From Negativicutes bacterium (lineage in GTDB: Bacteria; Bacillota; Negativicutes; UBA1444): 64,000 nt of DNA. Position 1 is the stretch's first letter, and the number at the start of each line of letters is the position of its first letter. The stretch covers positions 32,001 to 96,000 of the forward strand of contig CAXXIN010000017.1 in NCBI GenBank assembly GCA_963665275.2, given 5' to 3'. Both the position numbers and the translations under genes were made by a program. Below the pieces are notes generated by a model that was not told the DNA's origin, made no database searches, and saw only the letters and a list, made by a program, of their open reading frames with translations. Of this stretch, positions 60,241 to 64,000 are shown in pieces.

Positions 60241-61893
60241 TTAACATCGGTTAAACCCTTCGCCTTCCAGGATGCATTCCGCTTCATACCCGCGCAGGCT
60301 GATCTTGCAGAAGGCAACGATTTCATCCCCTTTGCCCAGCTCCGCCATACGGTTGCGCAGCTGGCCCAGCGGAATATATTTGACATTCTTGCAGTCAGCC
60401 AAACGGACCGTCTTGCACTCGTCAGGCGTGCGTACATCCAGAAATACCGTATTCGGCGATGCGAGCTTTTCTTTGGCTTCCAGCGGGGAAATCCCTTTGA
60501 ACTTGCCCTCAATTTTATTCATGAGGGTATTGGCTGCCACTGCCGCATTATCGATCGGACTGTTATATGGCGGCGCATAGGACAAGTCTGCGTCGAACAA
60601 ATCGTCGATGGTTCCGCCAATGGTCATCAAAGACGCCACCACATCAACCCTTTTTGCCACTTCGCCTTCGCCGAAGGCTTGCATCCCTAAAATTTTTCGC
60701 GTTTTCACTTCGGCAATCAGCTTGATGGTGATCGGCTTGGCGCCAGGCATGTAGTGGGCCCGGTCATGCCCGGTTGTCATCGTGGTGATATATTCGTAGC
60801 CTGCTTCTTTAGCCTCCCGCTCGGTCAGACCACTTTTCCCGATATTCAGCTCCAGCAGCTTGACGACTCCTGTGCCGAGAATTCCCCGGAAACGGACATT
60901 GCTGCCACACAGATTCTCACCGATCACACGGCCATGTTTATTCGCTGTCGATCCCATAGCCGTAAACATTTTTTTGTGAGTGATCATATGCGTATTTTCA
61001 GCACAGTCTCCACCGGCATAGATATCCGGATCATTCGTTTGCATCTGCTCATTTACGGCAATAGCGCCACTTGGGCCAATGCTCAGACCGGCCATTTTGG
61101 CCAGTGCCACATTGGGACGTACGCCGACCGCCTGAATCACCACATCGGCTGCCAAGCTTCCCTTATCAGTCACGACTGAATGAACTACACCATTCCCGAT
61201 GAACTGCGTCACTTTTTCATTGGTCCGGACTTCAATGCCTTTTTCCACAGCATATTTTTCCACGGCCAACGCGATTTCCAGATCCAACATGGCGGGGAAA
61301 AGTTGGGGTTGCATTTCGATGACGACCGTATGAACTCCCCGACGTTGGAACGCTTCCGCCATCTCGATTCCTACGAGTCCTGCGCCCATCACGACGGCAT
61401 TTTTCACTTTGCCTGTTTCGAGCAGTTCACTTACAGCCTTTGCATCATTCGGGTGCCACATCTGAAAGATATTTCCGAGTTCAACGCCCGGCAATGAAAG
61501 TTGAATCGGCGATGCTCCGGTGGCCAGCACCAGCTGGTCATAGGGCATTTCCGATTGTTCTCCTGTACTCAGGTCTTTAACGGTGACTTTCTTTTGGTCA
61601 CGGTCGATGGAGAGCGCCTCGGAACGGGTGCGAATATCGATGTTTTTCGTGTTCTTAAAAAACGCCGGCGTCCGTACCACCCCAACGGGGGTCATCAACA
61701 GGTGCTGGATTGACTCAACATCGCCGGAAACGACATAGGGCATGCCGCAAGCTCCATAGGAAATCATCTCGCCTCTTTCCAACACAGTAATTTGCGCATC
61801 TGGATCACCTCGTCGCGCTTTGGCTGCAGATTTAAGCCCCGCAGCCACAGCACCGATGACCAGGATCTTTTTAGGTTTGCTTTCAGGCACCAT
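60241..61893 (-). CDS. CoA-disulfide/persulfide reductase family flavoprotein with C-terminal rhodanese domain (C-terminus frameshifted)
   Basis: IGAVAAG, SYGACGMPY, GAGLVGIE, YAGGDC, DLSYAPPY, LDVRT..FCKISLRG. Confidence 0.9.
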   Translation of the reverse strand: MVPESKPKKILVIGAVAAGLKSAAKARRGDPDAQITVLERGEMISYGACGMPYVVSGDVESIQHLLMTPVGVVRTPAFFKNTKNIDIRTRSEALSIDRDQKKVTVKDLSTGEQSEMPYDQLVLATGASPIQLSLPGVELGNIFQMWHPNDAKAVSELLETGKVKNAVVMGAGLVGIEMAEAFQRRGVHTVVIEMQPQLFPAMLDLEIALAVEKYAVEKGIEVRTNEKVTQFIGNGVVHSVVTDKGSLAADVVIQAVGVRPNVALAKMAGLSIGPSGAIAVNEQMQTNDPDIYAGGDCAENTHMITHKKMFTAMGSTANKHGRVIGENLCGSNVRFRGILGTGVVKLLELNIGKSGLTEREAKEAGYEYITTMTTGHDRAHYMPGAKPITIKLIAEVKTRKILGMQAFGEGEVAKRVDVVASLMTIGGTIDDLFDADLSYAPPYNSPIDNAAVAANTLMNKIEGKFKGISPLEAKEKLASPNTVFLDVRTPDECKTVRLADCKNVKYIPLGQLRNRMAELGKGDEIVAFCKISLRGYEAECILEGEGFNRC

Positions 61894-61918
61894 GCTGACA
61901 GCTCACACTCCTCTCAAT

Positions 61919-62449
61919 TTACAAACCTTTTTTCTCAAACCAGCGAAACAAGAAGACACTCCCAATCGCAAAAGGAAGTATCACCAACCAGTGGTTTACT
62001 CCCAGAATTTGCGGCAGTGTAATTTTGCCAAAATCCCCCCATTGAAGGACCGTCGCTTTCATCAACGGATACGCCTCAGCGTAAATCGCCGCGCCCGCCA
62101 GCATGCCGGCAATTCCCCAAAGTCCGTCCAAACGTCCTTCACCAACCGCGCCTAGCGAAGTTCCGGGACAATAGCCAAACAGGCCCCAGCCCACCCCGAA
62201 AACCAGGCCACCGATAACCACGGCGCCGACAATCATTGGTTTAACAGAAAGTTTGGCGAGTCCTAGATCGAGAAGAGCATATGTCCCGATCATCCCAACA
62301 ACAATAGCCGTAAGCATGAATTTTACGATGGTCATGTCCAGTAACCGCAGAGCACCAATTTGTTTGTCATAACGGATGACTCGCCCTTTTTGCAGCAGAA
62401 AGCCGAACAAAATGCCTGTCACCAGACCATACATAAGGTCTGTGGTCAT
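61919..62449 (-). CDS. YeeE/YedE sulfur-compound transporter half
   Basis: GILFGFLL, GGLVFGVGWGLFGYCPGTS. Confidence 0.88.
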   Translation of the reverse strand: MTTDLMYGLVTGILFGFLLQKGRVIRYDKQIGALRLLDMTIVKFMLTAIVVGMIGTYALLDLGLAKLSVKPMIVGAVVIGGLVFGVGWGLFGYCPGTSLGAVGEGRLDGLWGIAGMLAGAAIYAEAYPLMKATVLQWGDFGKITLPQILGVNHWLVILPFAIGSVFLFRWFEKKGL

Positions 62450-62974
62450 TTTCGTCCACCTCCCCCATAAAGCAAACGGGTTACAACGATGCCACCGATG
62501 AAGAAACAGGTCAACGCTACAAAGCCGCTCACCGCCAACTGGATTGAACCGCTAAGGCCATGTCCGCTGGGACAACCATCAGCCAATCGCGCCCCAAACA
62601 TCGCAATCGTTCCGCCAACAAACGCAACGACGCCCCGCTTGACCACGCTGCTGCCCAAACCGGTCATTCCACATGTCGGGTACCGCCTGCAGACGAAAAC
62701 TGCCGGATGAAGCCGCTGCAATGAACGCCCCGATCAAGATGCCGACGACGAACATCCACTGCCAGTCGATGATTGGTTTTTCCTTGATAAAGTATTCCAT
62801 CTTGGCGACCTTGGCCGGATCGAAAAATTTTTCCAGGAAGCCTGTGCCTCTGACGAAAGTAGTAGATGCGCCGAAATATTTCCCTGCCACCCACACGGAC
62901 CCGATCGAAACCAAACCAGTTAGTGCCCCTGCTACATAAGGGTTCCAGGCTCCAGGGTCATTGGACTTGCGCAT
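62446..62974 (-). CDS. YeeE/YedE sulfur-compound transporter half, frameshifted
   Basis: WNPYVAG, FGASTTF, IDWQWMFVVG, then GARLADGCPSGHGLSG in the next frame. Confidence 0.85.
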
Positions 62975-62996
62975 AAGCTCGCCTCCTTCGTACTGT

Positions 62997-63222
62997 TTAC
63001 TGATGGCCTCCGTGGTGGCGGCAACCGCAGCCATTACCGTTGCCGTGACCGTGAACACTCCCACCGCAGGCAGATCTCGTCCCATCTTCCATTACTTTTA
63101 GCTTAGAAACACCACCGCACTTCGGACAGGGAATCTCATAACCGTGCCTCCCACCCTCAGAGCAAGGTTCGACTTGCCAAACATGACCACAGCCCTGCAC
63201 ATTCAAAAGTTCTTTCTCCCAT
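62997..63222 (-). CDS. Small Cys/His-rich zinc-ribbon protein, frameshift near start
   Basis: MGERTFEC(A)GCGHVW..CPKCG..ACGG..HGHG..GCGCRHHGGH. Confidence 0.65.
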
Positions 63223-63286
63223 TATTAAACACTCCTCATTTTATTATAGTTAGAACTATATTTCATAACCAGCTTAAAAAACCTTC

Positions 63287-63715
63287 CTATTTGCTTCTCA
63301 CCGCCTCTTGTGCACCACAAACAGGGCAGTGCATCCGGCACCCGCGTTCTCCTGTTCCTTTGGGAACTGTCCAGATATGTCCACAAGCGCCGCAACGGAA
63401 TTCTCGCTCTCCCCTCACAATACTTCACCCTGAACGTGCCGCCTTCCACCCTTAGCGATTTACCCCTGCCAGAGGGCTTGCGCAATTTTGGTATGCGCTT
63501 TGGTCAGAATGCGATGAAAAGTCGGCCGTGAAATCCCCATCCGCAACGAGGCCGGTCCCTGATCCAATTCCTCCACGTCGGCGAGACGGATTGCTTCCAT
63601 TTCTTCGACTGTGATCACCATTTCATCGACTGCAAAAAGTGGAACGCCGGGCAGGCTTTAAACAGGGTCTACTGGTGGCATTTTTGTCGATGTGACGTTC
63701 TTTAATCGGACGCAT
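63287..63715 (-). CDS. DUF134 HTH protein with C-terminal zinc ribbon, frameshifted
   Basis: FKPAGVP, EEMEAIRLAD, ISRPTFHRIL..A..KIA.AL, LRVEGG, CGACGHIW..CPVCG. Confidence 0.78.
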
Positions 63716-63847
63716 TCATTCTCGACCTCATTACGAAATATTGTTCATTTTCATTATAGGAAAATTACCAACTCAAGTCAATCGCGCTATACGAACAAAA
63801 AACTGACGAATTCAGCATTTTGGTCATAAGCACCTACATTGGACAAA

Positions 63848-64000
63848 TTAATCTTTAACAACCACTACAGGCACATGCGCCAGACTTACCAATTTTCGGG
63901 CCACACTTCCGATCAACAACGCTTCAAGTTGGCCATGCCCTTTGGCGCCTGTAACGATCATGTCAACCTGGTGCTGCTCAGGCGTATGAAAGAATTTCCC
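63848..64000 (-). CDS. Universal stress protein, 3' end (partial)
   Basis: VDMIVTGAKGHGQLEALLIGSVARKLVSLAHVPVVVVKD*. Confidence 0.85.
   Translation of the reverse strand, partial: GKFFHTPEQHQVDMIVTGAKGHGQLEALLIGSVARKLVSLAHVPVVVVKD

Noticed and set aside
63970-63990. Selenocysteine TGA in the USP gene
   Set aside because: The TGA arises from a one-base shift; the protein continues in another frame.

Overview
A 64 kb chromosomal window with nearly all genes on the minus strand. It most plausibly comes from an anaerobic diderm Firmicute (Negativicutes/Sporomusaceae-like), inferred from TonB/ExbBD, a porin and RND pumps occurring alongside ECF transporters, AGGAGG RBSs and terminator-type riboswitches. 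Left to right it holds: (1) an RND pump and an NtrC-type two-component system, below a sigma54-promoter operon encoding a Tat-exported MJ0301-like metallo-beta-lactamase-fold enzyme, a multipass membrane protein and unknowns; (2) a CdaR/DsdX-like permease/second MBL unit; (3) a Nik/Opp ABC importer with FmdE behind an unrecognised attenuator leader, then ldh; (4) a three-gene nitrogenase-like reductase (NifH plus two component-1 subunits, no FeMoco ligands); (5) methylmalonyl-CoA mutase mutAB-meaB; (6) a ~26 kb region with five cobalamin riboswitches, containing TonB receptor-ExbBD-TonB-ECF-beta-propeller-ferredoxin-CobN, a MenK-like methylase, exported CbiK plus porin, and radical SAM-ChlI-ChlD-ABC exporter-MFP; (7) a YeeE/CoA-disulfide reductase-rhodanese/CGGC/DUF1847 sulfur cluster. 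The best candidate for an undescribed system is a B12-regulated tetrapyrrole/corrinoid import, (de)metallation and ring-reduction machine with no corrin biosynthesis genes in the window. Several intergenic spaces contain 3' stubs of the locus's own genes (menK twice, cobN, cbiK). Many single-base frameshifts look like long-read indel errors. All family assignments come from motif recognition by eye, not database searches.
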